Shown here one piece after another: positions 36,797 through 36,911 of a DNA stretch of 36,911 nucleotides; the stretch's first letter is position 1; every line of letters starts with the position of its first letter. Under the pieces are notes generated by a model. The model had not been told where the DNA came from, did not search any database, and saw nothing but the letters and a program-made list of their open reading frames with translations. A program made the translations under genes and the position numbers. This stretch comes from Armatimonadota bacterium (lineage in GTDB: Bacteria > Armatimonadota > SYMT01), in NCBI GenBank assembly GCA_046292385.1, contig JBKBRF010000059.1:1-36911 (forward strand). Reading direction: 5' to 3'.

Positions 36797-36812
36797 CCCA
36801 AGTTCCGCAGTT

Positions 36813-36844
36813 GGTGGTGGCAGATTACTGCCACCACCTTTTTT
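36813..36844 (+). terminator. Intrinsic terminator
   Basis: GGTGGTGGCAG-ATTA-CTGCCACCACC followed by T6. Confidence 0.9.
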
Positions 36845-36911
36845 CGTGCCTGACTGGCGGTTGCGCTACGAGGTCTCCACCGAGTTACAGGCATGGCTGC
36901 CGCCGCATTGC

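Overview
High-GC (~70%) bacterial chromosomal window. Two prepilin/DUF1559-type genes ([10 protein letters not shown]...ILFPVFA(Q/R)AR plus an H-X9-DG tail) and a DUF4058 gene suggest Armatimonadota or a similar lineage; this is an inference. Recognisable blocks are: (1) a Tat-exported PaoABC-like molybdoflavoenzyme cluster with xdhC and mocA; (2) a Cys-rich secreted ORF ending PPPRA upstream of a prepilin-type gene; (3) a 1.2-kb accessory patch (8580-9805) of small genes between GTGTAAG...CTTACAC-ended repeats; (4) a complete chemosensory operon (cheR-TPR, tandem cheW, MCP, dual-Hpt cheA, cheB, hybrid kinase); (5) a BMP lipoprotein; (6) a Trx/PDZ selenoprotein, split at UGA by the ORF track, with a SECIS-like hairpin; (7) a REP/MITE-rich intergenic region; (8) a CHAD-HhH-ppx-secDF-like operon; and (9) assorted metabolic genes and an RRM protein. 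The most striking observation is a small SEC-C zinc-motif gene (8738-9001) that reads as one coherent protein only if one base is skipped at each of its three in-frame TTT codons (C-TTT-Y), making it a candidate triple +1 recoding gene. No rRNA, tRNA, CRISPR array or transposase was found.
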